DNA of 64,000 nucleotides from Mizuhopecten yessoensis. Lineage: Eukaryota. The notes under the pieces are model-generated. The model saw nothing but the letters and a program-made list of their open reading frames with translations, was not told the origin of the DNA and did no database searches. The translations under genes and the position numbers were made by a program. Location: the NCBI RefSeq assembly GCF_002113885.1, contig NW_018405506.1:1398199-1462198 (forward strand), given 5' to 3'. The number at the start of each line of letters is the position of its first letter. The stretch's first letter is position 1. Shown here piece after piece: positions 39,405 to 51,612 of this stretch.

Positions 39405-40679
39405 TAAAATCAAACCAAATTCTTCAACTTCAATCTAAACTTTAGTCCCCTACTTTTTTTGCCTTAAATAGGTTTTCCTAACTTTGGTTGAAAATAGAAA
39501 TGGTAAGTAGAATGTTTTTTGAACAATGGTGGAAGCTAATGAATAATAATTCCTGGTTTTTGTCAAGAAAAAGGCGAATGTGTACGATTCTTACTACAAC
39601 CACTACACGCAATCAAAATCTAATAATGGTTATTTTCCAATTTTGGAATACACAATGTATTTTCATACAAATGAAAATCATATCAAATGGATTTATTCAA
39701 AAACTGAATTTCTAAATTTCAAGTTTTATTTTTCACTCATGACACACGAGGTGTGTTACAAGAGGTCAAGATTTTAATACATTTCAGTTACATAGCAAAG
39801 TGAGTAGAGATTGTGTATACAACATGTAAATATATAATACTACATAATAATAGCACTGCATTTATCTTATGTCACTTTAAGCCATTATGTAAAGCCTGTT
39901 TGTATTGTTTAAATGATGATAACTGCACTTAAAAGCGTGGGATTACATACCCCAGGTAAGTTATGATAAATTCATTTATACCACTCTACAGGTATGTTGC
40001 TTTGTTGATAGGACAATCATAACGTCAACAAATAGGAGTAATTCCTTCCACATATTTTCGTCGCTTTCTTAGCAATTTCATTGGGCGTAGCAAACACGGA
40101 AAATATTGTGAATATTCCGTCTGGTACAATTAGGAATATGGTGTCATAACAATGGCGTGTCTAAAATCGAACAACGACATTTATATTTACTCTGCAATGC
40201 CGTTAATATATTACCAAAGACAGTAGATAACTTTAAATCAATATACAACATTTGATATAGCGCTCTATCTAGCTAGAATACACCACTCTAAAACGCTTTA
40301 CAGTACATAGATATACAATTTATACAATCAATACAATAAGCATATACATTAATCAATACAGTTTTGAGGAATTGGCAGGAGCTGCCTTATCAGGCGCTTA
40401 CTAATAGTCATATGCCACCTGGCTAATATCTCCATATATGTGTATGCCTGCGTGTGTGCTGGAGATGTATTGTGTTATGTTTTATCACTAGAAATGCAAA
40501 GCATGAAGCATCTACTTGGAATATCGATACAGAGAGAAAAATAAATACAATTTGTACTGTTCCATATATAACCATGTCTTGCAATAAAGACTCGTCAGTG
40601 GCAATGCAGGTGTTCTAAAACATATGTAGAAATACAAGGTAAGTTGAAAGGTGTCTATAAAACCACAGTACCATTGACT

Positions 40680-41355
40680 GGTTATCTCTGTATTGTCATC
40701 GTTATTGGACAGAGGACTACTATATTGGTCTTTCGCCTCAGGCCAATATAGCAAGCCTCGTGCCAATCTAAAGCTTCGCCTCGGACCAGTATAGCAGGCC
40801 TCGTGCCAATCAAAAGCTTCGCCTCGGACCAGTATAGCAGGCCAGGTTCCAATCTAAAGTTTCGCCTCGGACCAGTATAGCAGGCCTCGTGCCAATCTAA
40901 AGCTTCGCCTCGGACCAGTATAGCAGGCCTCGTGCCAATCTAAAGCTTCGCCTCGGACCAGTATAGCAGGCCTCGTGCCAATCGAAAGCTTCGCCTCGGA
41001 TCAGTATAGCAGGCCTCGTGCCAATCTAAAGCTTCGCCTCGGACCAGCATAGCAGGCCTCGTGCCAATCTAAAGCTTCGGGGGGGACCAGTATAGCAGGC
41101 CTCGTGCCAATCGAAAGCTTCGCCTCGGACCAGTATAGCAGGCCTCGTGCAAATCTAAAGCTTCGCCTCGGACCAGTATATCAGGCCTCGTGCCAATCGA
41201 AAGCTTCGCCTCGGACCAGTATAGCAGGCCTCGGGCCAATCTAAAGCTTCGCCTCGGATCAGTAAAGCAGGCCTCGTGCCAATCTAAAGCTTCGCCTCGG
41301 ATCAGTATAGCAGGCCTCGGTCCAATAGCTATAGGCCAATACAGAAATAGCCCAT
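40680..41355. repeat. 43-bp minisatellite (ctcggaccagtatagcaggcctcgtgccaatctaaagcttcgc), ~14 copies, bracketed by short inverted repeats
   Basis: Highly homogeneous units 40736-41325. ggttatctctgtattg (40680) versus caatacagaaatagcc (41337) suggests an array carried inside a small element. Confidence 0.9.
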
Positions 41356-42651
41356 ATTATACCATAACAAATTTAAAAGTTGGCAAGCAGCGGATAATTT
41401 ATATCTAAACTAGTATTTCAAGTACACTTTTGCTAGATATGTTCTAGCTGCAATTTAAGGTTATGAGACAATAACACTGCTGTAACGTGACCGGCCATTA
41501 CAATGCCGTTATGTCATAATCATGTTGTTTGACATAATGAGCGTAACAGGTCGTTGGCAAGAACAATAAAATATTATTCATGACTTATTCAATTATAAGG
41601 TTGGTGTTTACCTACTGAGCATTCCCTGCTGTTATCAATGGGTGGGGCTATGTACACCTTCCAGAAATAGCTGGTGTAACTTACCAACCCTTTGTATGCA
41701 TCGCTATGACGCCACGCCTTGACGTGCATAACTAGGTTGAGTACAAGGAATGGATAGCGATACATGTGCTTCTTTAGAATTAATACAGCAGTTTAGACGT
41801 CTCTTATTGATCTTTTAAACGTGTTTTTTTTATCCATATGTGCTTCCCAGAAGATAGCATTTTTAATGATATCTTTAGATCCAATTGTTAAACAACGTGC
41901 AGTTTTAAATACATTTAAAACTTTATGTCAATAAAGCAGATAATTTATGTACCTTATTCGCTTCCTGTTGAAATTGTGATAACCGACAAAGAGAGTATTT
42001 ATTACCTGGCCCTGGTCGCCTTGTTGTAGTAGAGTCGGGGTCAACCGGTCAAACCCTCCACGTGTTATAAAACTTTAATGCTAGATCCATTCATAACAAC
42101 TCCAACAAAAATGTGAATGAAAGTTCACCCAAAGGGGGGCATTTGTATTTATTTTACTGATAAAACCACCGGGTTGTTTCTAGCATTAAGTACAATGTAG
42201 TGTAATTACACTTTACTTAATATGTAACTTTTCAAAATCCAAAAAAAAGTAGCTACAAACATTTAAAAACATGGTAGCAAATACAACCGAACTATAATCA
42301 AATTCCTTAGCTAGCTTATTGGTGTTGTCTTCACCTCACTACCAAACAATATGATAGACAGGACTTAAAGTGAACGATAGTTACTTCCCTTTATCAATTA
42401 CTTAAGGTGTGATAGGTGCCATGTGTGATTCAGGAAACATTTAACCGTCTAGGTTTGCAGGGACCATCTGCAGGCATCAGCATCTGGATGGATATTATGT
42501 GAAAATATAAGATAGTCTTTTGTACCCTACCATATGGAGTATAGTAGGGAAGACTTTTTTTTTTATATTTTCACATATTTACATACCAGATCAATATAGT
42601 AGGGTAGGGAATGCTATTTTCTATTTTCACACATTTACATACCAGATGAAG

Positions 42652-43379
42652 CATCATCGATACTCCAGGGGTTTCGCTCACTTTCACTCTCTGCATCCCT
42701 GGAATCATCCTCGATATCCAGTGGTTACGCTCACTTTCACTCTCTACAACCCTGGAACATGTCATAGCAAAATCGAAGGCTCAGTGTGCACCGCCTTGTG
42801 GACGAGACGAGAAGACTAGTTTGATCCTTTGACGTACATCAAAAGAATCTCGCGGTCGCGTAACGTAAAACTTATTCGCTTTTAAGTCGAGCGTCGCTCC
42901 TCTGTAATATTCAAAGAACAAGTATCAGCCTAGTGATTGGTCAGATTTGTTTACCTGCCACCAATCAAATAGCTAGCCGTTTGCCTTCAATTTTACTATG
43001 ACATAATCCAGGATTGTAGAGAGCGAAAGTGAGCATAAACCCTTGGTATCGAGGATGCCCTGGAATCATAGCAAAAAAATGTAGGCTCAGTGTACACCAC
43101 CTTGTGGAGGAGACTAGAGGACTGATTTAAACCTTTGATGACCATCAAAAGAATCACGCGCTCGCGTAACGGTAAAATTGACCGATTTGAAGTCGGGTGT
43201 CGCTCCTTTGTTATCTTCAAAGGACATGTACCAGCCTAACGATTATTCAGGTGGGTGGTTTTTTTTTACCTGAGACCAATCAACTAGCTATAGCCTTCTT
43301 GTCTCGTCCACAAGGTTGCGCGAACAGAGCCCTCGATTAGAGAGCAATTGTGAGCGTAATCCCTGTGGCATCGAGGATG
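42652..43379. mobile_element. MITE family A, nested pair (inner copy 42706-43057 inside outer copy)
   Basis: The inner copy catcctcgata...tatcgaggatg is flanked by 9-bp TSD ccctggaat (42697-42705, 43058-43066), which lies in the left TIR of the outer copy. Confidence 0.88.
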
Positions 43380-44887
43380 CTATTGTTAATAAAAGATTCC
43401 CTAAATTAATAGAGATACTTCAATAAGTTTATGAGATATCCAGGAGATTTCGCTTTTGAGTATTAGATTTTTTAAGTTGACATGCAAAATGTGATGTCTT
43501 GACTCTTTCTCGCCGAATGATTTTTTTTCGACCACTCCATAAGTACAATGTTGTGTGCTGATCATTTCACAACAATACAGGCAGCGTAAGGCATCAACCG
43601 ATGCCATCCTGATGTTGTCGTTCCACATTGTTTTGCTTACATGTATTTTCCAAGTTGACTTATTGACTTTCTGACCGTTGACCTGCCTTATTGGGTGCTT
43701 TTTTCCATAGCGTCTATATTGTGACGGTGAGTTGGCTGTCTATGTTCAGTGAGATTGGATGATATTAGAAAAACGTGTGTCGTTTTGGTTTCATCTTGAT
43801 TCTTGTAGGTGCTATTGTTGTGTTTTGTTTTAATCTTTTGTGTTACTGCTAAGTATTGAACGTACAAACGTGGTAATTGACTGCTGGCGGACTATATAGG
43901 TTCAACGAGGTTTGCCGTAACCATGTAGCGTGAATTTATTCCGAAACGGTTATCAAGAAATACTATTTTCAGAAGAAATTATCTAATGGAGTATTTTTGT
44001 AAGTCGCTTTATATATAAATGCGAAAATACGAAATAGCCAGATAGTGCAGTAAAATAGTCCCTAACCTAGATATCCTAAAAGTACCAGTAAATGGTTTAT
44101 AGTCCGAAATAACTGGAATATCGCCTTTTAATGTTGATGGGGCTGCGATCTAGTCCCCCAACATCAATCTTACATATGTCAACAACATTCACATACAACA
44201 TACTGAGGAGGCTTAACCTTTCTCTGTATGGAGGGTTTCTCAACAAAGTGCCAGGAATTGCTACCCGACGATCTCATTATGCAGTCATATAAAAATGATG
44301 TAAACGCTATTCACATTATTTAAATAAAAATGAATGTCTCAAAATCACATTTTTTATAATAAATTAGAAATGCATCGTCCACACTCTCAAACGAATAAAA
44401 TCGCTACACGTATACTTTCTCCCACAGAAATACTGCAGCCTATGTTTATATTCAGAATAACCTCGGATTTCCCGGGAATACACATGTTACATTACAAAAA
44501 TTGCATTAATTTGTGAATTATACAAGGGCCACTACTCATATACCCATGTGCAAGGAAAATAATTTCCAAGAGCTTATATGTTTCAAATCAATCCCACTTC
44601 AACACAGCATCTTCCCCTTACAATAATACTGAATGTAGTCACAAACCAGAAATATTTTCCCATCGATATCTTTTTAATATAGGAATAAATGTATCATACA
44701 TTAATAAGTGAGATGTTCTAAATTAAAATCTCTGCACAGCTAGAAGCGCTCCTGATAGAGTTATGCCACATGCTTTACAAATGTAGATAGACAGTTTTAT
44801 ATAACGTCACGGAATATATATATTGAAAAGGTTATACTCTGACTCCCATTCTCATGTATACATGTAGCATGTGACATAGTCCAGTGC

Positions 44888-44930
44888 GAGTGTGTGTGTG
44901 TAGGTGTGTATGTGTGTGTGTGTGTGTGTG
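44888..44930. repeat. (TG)n microsatellite
   Basis: gtgtgtgtg run with few interruptions. Confidence 0.9.
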
Positions 44931-45396
44931 GTAATAAACGAGGTGGAAATTTGACGCCCGCGTATGTATATTACATGTACAGAGACGTAATATATACGTC
45001 CCTGGTTCAACCACCACGGACTCCGGAGTTCACAGTATTGAACGTTTATGGTGCGGTAATTTTAATAACATGTCTTGAAAGCCAGAAAACGGAGAACTAT
45101 TACAACATATGGGAAATGTATTATTTAAAATGTACATTTGTATGCCTATAGCTAGATCATGAACGATCTAATTCCGTGCCTAGATTTAGAGATGGTAGCT
45201 AGGCCTACTCAGAGACGTATAATACATTATACGTCTCTGGCCTACTGTAAAGAAATGACAGGGAACTACTTTTTATCCCCGACTGTATTAAAACATAATT
45301 TGTCTTAGCAACAGTAGTTTTTTTCATCTTTAGCTTTCATAAATAAGGACGGTACACGATTCCTTAACATTTCGGTAAGTGACCTTAATATGATGT

Positions 45397-45410
45397 CGGA
45401 AGTGACGTCA
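45397..45410 (+). promoter_or_regulatory. overlapping ETS-CRE motif CGGAAGTGACGTCA just upstream of the SENP8 start codon
   Basis: Exact composite motif ending 20 bp before ATG 45430; typical of housekeeping promoters. Confidence 0.6.
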
Positions 45411-45429
45411 TATAATATGGATTGTGACC

Positions 45430-45551
45430 ATGGCAGATGAAGACAACGACATAGTACTGAGTTTTAACGACAGTTTGTTACGGAAATCGGACTTGAAGCT
45501 CCTCGAAGGTGCACACTGGTTAAACGATAAGCTAATTGGATTTTGCTTCGA
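45430..45551 (+). CDS. SENP8: NEDD8-specific protease 1 (sentrin-specific protease 8, peptidase C48), exon 1
   Basis: accATGg start; MADEDNDIVLSFNDSLLRKSDLKLLEGAHWLNDKLIGFCFE; donor ga|gtaagt (phase 2). Confidence 0.92.
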
Positions 45552-46157
45552 GTAAGTTTGCGTTGTTAATCTCCGTGTGAAACCCTGTTTTTATACACAA
45601 CATGTGTCCTACTGCTGCGGTCGGACATGGCCACTTTTTTTTGCTTGTTGACCTTTCGTGCGATAGTTTTGCACATATGGTATGACCCCGGGGTCACGGT
45701 GTAGGCCTACTTTTGTCCAGTGCTGGGATTTATTGGATTGAACACATTTAAAGGTTCCTAATGACTGACAGTTGTTGTCGAGTCTAAAGTTCACCAAACT
45801 TCAGGTTACGGTTTAAATATATAATGTGTCTATGATACTCTATGGTTATTTTGTTGTTATTCATCACACGAGTAGCACTATACTGTATGTTCACCCCGCA
45901 TTAAAACCCCTCTGACTAATTAATGGAGCATAACATCAATATATTTTAAAATTGTAGAATCATACCATAGAAGCAAAATTTCAAAAGATATTAAAACTGT
46001 CATAGTATATAGGTTTTAGGGAATTTATTTTTTGGATCTGAAAGTTTTAATGGTGTCCGAGTGTAACAGTAAATGCAAAATGATGGCTAAAATATATATG
46101 CCAAACTCGAGTCTAGATAAATGCTCCAACCAGTTGAACTACCTGCATGGTTGCCTG

Positions 46158-46255
46158 TAATTCCTGTAGGAACTCTATCTAAATCAGAGATTTATAACGA
46201 TAGTTATAACTATCGTTATAAATCTCTGATTTAGATAGAGTTCCTACAGGAATTA
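46158..46255. repeat. perfect 98-bp palindrome with 9-bp flanking direct repeat
   Basis: Centre gtta|taac at 46206/46207; ggttgcctg at 46149-46157 and 46256-46264. Confidence 0.92.
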
Positions 46256-46579
46256 GGTTGCCTGTGATCAACTTGAAGTGATCCAGTTCCACTACTTTCT
46301 CCTTTTCTTCTTGCAGCGAAACTGGATTCGGTCGATTGTCTGCAACCAGATACCTTAATTAGTACAGCATGTCTAGATTTTGGAGGGTCCTGGGTTCAAA
46401 ATCTGATCTGGCCATGCATTTCTCTTTCTCCTATTACAAAATAAATGTGCATATGAAGCCTTGAAATAAAGGAATCATACCCAAACATGGGTTGTAAATA
46501 GTTGTGTCTTTCGGGGCAAAGATTTTTAAAAAAGGAGGGAGGAACATAGCGGAACTGGACTGGGACAAATGTTGGCAAC

Positions 46580-46655
46580 CAGGTAGCTCAACTGGTAGAG
46601 CACCTGTCTAGAATGCAGGGGCTGGGGTCCTGAGTTGGAAACCCAGTCTGGCCGT
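46580..46655 (+). mobile_element. tRNA-derived SINE head (degenerate)
   Basis: A-box tagctcaactggtagagc with a degenerate B-box. Related remnants near 46360-46420 (+) and 46860-46925 (-). Confidence 0.5.
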
Positions 46656-48278
46656 GCAACCCAGCTGGTTCCAGTAGTCCCTTAAAGCTTGCCAATCTTA
46701 CACAAAGAACTTGAGAGTTGATCGCATGCACATTTATTTATTGATTTCCGATTCAACTGCAGACCCTTGTAAGCTTTCACAGTCAGTTACGCTTGTAACA
46801 CAGACTAAAAATGCACGCATGCACCGCTGAAACAGTCCTGAGAGAAAATAATGCACAACCAGACCAGAATTCAAAACCCGGACCTCTAAACACGAAATGG
46901 CTGCTCGAAACAATAGAGCTACATGCATCGGTGCTGGTGATATCGATGGACCCAGTCCAGTTTCACTAAAGGAGTTTACAAGATATAACTCTCGTGTTTT
47001 CCACTTGTATATATTTGTGCTGTGATGGGGATATTGGATACATGTTGAAGATATGACTCCCCAACAATTCGCATATAGCAATTCACATAAATTGTTTGCT
47101 GCTTAATTTAAGTAACATTTCACATTGATTGCTTGCTTCTAAATGTAAGTAACATTTTAATTAATCTTTAATGAATCTAATTTTTAAGAGTATCAATGTG
47201 AATGAAAGAATCAATGAATGGTTGAAAGTTTAAGGAAGAGACGGACAGGTATCACATGACCAAACACTCAATACACTGTAATGATATATATATTGGTTGG
47301 ACAATCCTTTTAACATGAGGTCAAAAACCAAGGTCAAATGAATATTATTTTTAATAATTATTGCTGATTGAAATAAGATATATATATCCTTTCCAAGTCT
47401 TATGTCTGATTATTGTGAAAGATGAAACTATATTATTGATCAAGGATTATTAACCGATGAAATGATGATTTCACTTTGAGTTTAAATGCCAACTTCTTGA
47501 ATATTCAAAACAGATGCAACCTCCTTTAACCCTAAGGAAGGTTACCTGAAAGGATAAAATAATATTACCAAAACATGGCTGCTGCAAAACCAATACAAAT
47601 TTAAGAATCAATCGCACCTGTAGTTAAAAGAGTTAAAAAAAAGTGAAAAATTTGGACATTTTTCATGAAATATGCATAAAAGGGTGATGACGGGGTGTCG
47701 TTCTAACCCCCCTAACTTTTTGTTTTCACTGGAAGCATATCTTTATTTTTTAATGATTTGTAGCATAGATATAATTTATTTTATATACCAATGTAAAAAA
47801 AAAATATCATTGACACAATTATTTTATTTTCGACTTTACATTTTTTTATTATTTTTTTTAAATATTATGTCTAAAATATTTCAAAATATTCGTTTATTAT
47901 AGTGTTTTCAGACAAATAAAAAAAAAATGCAGTTTTTGGCAGGTACTTTCATGACTTAAAAAGGGCAGAAAAATGACATTTTTTGGACTTCAAAAGGGGG
48001 TAACTCTTTCAAAGAATATTTTTAAAAATAGCCTGGAAACAAGTATTCTCAAATGATATTTTGTTAGGTACACCCCATAGAACAAAAAAAATCATTGACT
48101 AGATTTTGTTTGCCTCTAGTGTCCTTCTCTACCTTAAACTATAGGAGAAGAAATGTATGAGTAAAGTACAAGTGAATGAAGGGAAAGAGGCCTACAGTGT
48201 AGAATAACAAGTTGTAAGAGAGGTGAAACAGCATCAACCTGGGCCACTCAACCTCCAGAAAGATGCTGGGAAAAAGTA

Positions 48279-48568
48279 TAAGGCCAAACAAAAAAATATA
48301 TAGTGTTTCCAGTAACCCATCTTCGCTAGCCAAGGGTTACGATGTGGTAATATGATCTACCTACTCTTAACTCTTGGCATACCCTTATTTTTTGTGCCTA
48401 CCCTAAGCTTTTTAAGACCATTTTCAAAGAAGTACTGTTAAAGTCAAGATCACTCTCCTATATAAACCATATATAATCATTTGTAGAAATGAAATTTGTT
48501 ACCTACCTATACCTACCCTAAATGTTTCCAATATGTTACAGGAAACACATATTTTTCTGTCTGACCTA
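48279..48568. mobile_element. degenerate MITE
   Basis: taaggccaaacaaaaaaatatatagtgtttccagtaac versus inverted gttacaggaaacacatatttttctgtctgaccta. Confidence 0.5.
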
Positions 48569-48674
48569 AATTGAACCTTACAAAGTAGAAGATTTTTTTT
48601 TTAATATACCTGTACGAAAGTGTTATGTTGTTGTCATGTTGAACACGGTGACATGACTTTGTTTATATTTTCAG

Positions 48675-48763
48675 ATATTTTGAGAGGGAGAAATTTAGCC
48701 ACTCTGGGGATAGGCTGTGCCTTATTAGCCCTGATGTGACCCAGTTTATAAAGCTTTCTCCAG
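48675..48763 (+). CDS. SENP8: SENP8 exon 2
   Basis: tttcag|; YFEREKFSHSGDRLCLISPDVTQFIKLSP; g|gtacc. Confidence 0.9.
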
Positions 48764-49162
48764 GTACCATACTCCAAAAGTCGGACTCTAACCTATCTTG
48801 TATTCATGAGATGTGTTAATCTACATACATAGTAACAAAGAGAAATCTATTAAATCAACTTTATGCATCTTATATCAGCCATGCAAATGTTAGCTAAATC
48901 ACAAGAAAATGTAATACTTTATTGATTTTTTGGGTTTTTTTTGTTTATAACATTTTATATAGTTATTGATGTCATTTTTACAAACAGAAAATATGTAAAT
49001 TTTGATATTAAGTATTTTGCTCAACAATCATGGAATTTTCAAAAGGATAAACCCCTGAATGGCTAACCAACCTGATTTATATAGAAATTGTGCTAAAGGG
49101 TATGATGAAGGACTGTTTGTTTCCACACGTTTTATAACTGGTAATTCTGCTGTCTGTAACAG

Positions 49163-49271
49163 TGGAGGAGCTGGGAGTTTTTCTGGAACCCCTGAATCTC
49201 AAGGTGAAGGAGTTTGTGTTTATGGCTGTCAATGACAACAGTAACCCTGACATTGCAGGAGGAACACACTG
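49163..49271 (+). CDS. SENP8: SENP8 exon 3 (catalytic His)
   Basis: aacag|; EELGVFLEPLNLKVKEFVFMAVNDNSNPDIAGGTHW; tg|gtaagt. Confidence 0.92.
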
Positions 49272-49744
49272 GTAAGTTACATTAGGGTGGTGGTCATTAG
49301 ATAAGTTGTTACCAGATCAAATGATCAGGAATGGTTTAATCTCGTAAAGAGTGAAGTGACTGACCATATTTTTCTAAAGGTTCATTTGAAACACATTATT
49401 TTTTAGTTATTTTCCATAGTCCCTTGAATCCAACTTACATTTCAATATCTCTTTTTTTGGCCCTGATAGAAGCAGGTAGAGGGTCTTAATGTGTAAGTTA
49501 ATTAGTGTATGTGGTCGGGCAGGTGATCTTTTACCTTTTCCCATCTGATTGGGAAATCAAATCCCTGTTATTTTGGTGAAAGGCGAGTACGCTATCCACT
49601 GCGCCAAAACGCAACCGACCACCCAGTTATACGAGTTATTCATTGAAAAATATAGAAAAAACTATTTTTCTTCAGATACCATGAAGCATGAAACTGCTGC
49701 TTACCATTTTTTCTTGTTACTTAATGCCATTAAATTGCTTACAG

Positions 49745-49860
49745 GAGTCTGTTGGTATACATCAGATGTCGGCAGGAGTTCCGCCATTATGATTCCTATG
49801 GGAGTGCTAACAAGGAAATAGCCAAGCAATTGGCCTTGAAGATCCAGCCCTTTGTCCTAG
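49745..49860 (+). CDS. SENP8: SENP8 exon 4 (catalytic Asp)
   Basis: ttacag|; SLLVYIRCRQEFRHYDSYGSANKEIAKQLALKIQPFVL; g|gtaatt. Confidence 0.92.
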
Positions 49861-50497
49861 GTAATTGTGGATGTTTGGCATACCTCTTATATATTGCCAC
49901 TGTATGATCATTTTCAATTAAGTAGTTTATTAAAGTTAAATGTCCTTAAAAAATATGTTTTACACTCGTTAAGAAAGCATGTACTGTGGAATATATAGAG
50001 CACTTTGATTTTGTAGGGTTCAAAGTTAAACAGATTTGTTCTTGGAAATTAATGTTTGTGGCATTAAATTTCATGTTTAGTGTCAATAGTATGAAATATC
50101 TCTCTACCAGAGAAGCAGCATATAATATATATACATTTCCTGTTGTTTCTCAAGCACTGGATCTATAAAAGAAAAATGAAATCTCTGCAAATATAAGTGC
50201 TATGGGCTATTTCCACCCAAGATTGCAAAAAAGCCAGGTTTTGTTTAAGTGTACTACCACCCACAGAATTTAGTTAATACTTTGGTTGGAAGTACTAGGG
50301 AAAATTGCATTTAATAGTACAATGAATAACCCTGCTCTTCCATTGGTTTTCCATGAATAATGCCTCATGCTCTCTCTGAGTCTATGCAGCCAGATAAAGT
50401 TACATTAATTTGTACACACCTCTTTTCACATCTAAGCATTGCTTTATATACACCATGGAAAAATAAGATTAGAATATCATATATATATACCAGTATA

Positions 50498-50874
50498 CAG
50501 GGTTAGACACTAACATTTTTTGCTTGGTAGTCCACAGTACTAGTTGAATAGAATAATTCGTCATTGAAACTACTCCAAGATTTCCCGATAAGAAAACATT
50601 GCAATCTACAGCACGAAATATTAAAAGTAATTGACTGTAGGGAACTTGAAATAATTACTGCCATAAAAATATGGTGAAGGTTTAGGAAAATTTTGACAAT
50701 TATCATGCAATATATCATATTTTAAGCTGTTTTCTAAATTTTAAAAAGAAATATTCTTATTTTATAATCGAATTTTTCACAAGTCTAAAGGACCAGTTAG
50801 GTTAGGTGATTCACTAGTCCTTGCTGAAATCTCCTAGTCCAGGACTAGCGGACTAGTCTTAGTGTCAACCCCTG
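50498..50874. mobile_element. possible hAT-like MITE
   Basis: cagggttagacact ... agtgtcaacccctg termini with repeated actagtcc motifs; no TSD recovered. Confidence 0.4.
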
Positions 50875-51067
50875 GTATATATAACTCTTAATTGTCTCCC
50901 CATACTAACCACTAGTATTCATGTTTAGTCTATAAAAAGAAAAATGCATCAGTAATTTAGTATGTTTATATCTCTGTTTTTTATTTTTTAAATGAACCAT
51001 TGTCTGTAGACCTAAGTTTGACCAGGCTATGTTCAGAACAGAAATATATATAGTAGCATATAAGTTA

Positions 51068-51612
51068 CAGTTGTGTGACCGCACAACACACCAGATATAA
51101 CGTGCATATATTGTGTGCGCACAACTGTGCGCTGCAACAATCTGTCACCCCATTGTGTGATTTTGTACTATTGGTTGAATAATATATGTATTATGGAATG
51201 AAAAGAATCTGGAAGGCTCGTATGAAATACACTGTATCTATTGAATTCTAATCACAATAATTAAGGTTATGTTCAATTTCACAATGCGTGTTACAAAGTT
51301 TACAGTGACCGTTAGACTGGCAAGAATGGGTTTGGCTCCAAGATAGAAAGATAGCTAGATGTAGCTAGAATATAGAAACATATGTAAAAAAATCATGTTT
51401 ATATGTTTAAACACATATCTATATACATTGTTAAGCCATTCCTCAATTTACACCAATCACGATTATTATTGCACAACATTCGTCCATCGTGCGCACAAAT
51501 GTGAGCAGGCAATAATCGTCCAGATGTTTATTGTTTTCGCACATGGTGTGCACAAAATGGACACATCATGTGCACATCGCACATCATGTAACGTTGTGAG
51601 ATCCCACAACTG
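51068..51612. mobile_element. Tc1/mariner-type MITE with TA TSD
   Basis: ta|cagttgtgtgaccgcacaac ... gttgtgagatcccacaactg|ta. Confidence 0.65.

Noticed and set aside
40736-41325. Regular short-repeat arrays resembling CRISPR (also 14.5, 57.8 and 61.9 kb)
   Set aside because: No unique spacers, no cas genes, and a eukaryotic context; these are plain tandem repeats
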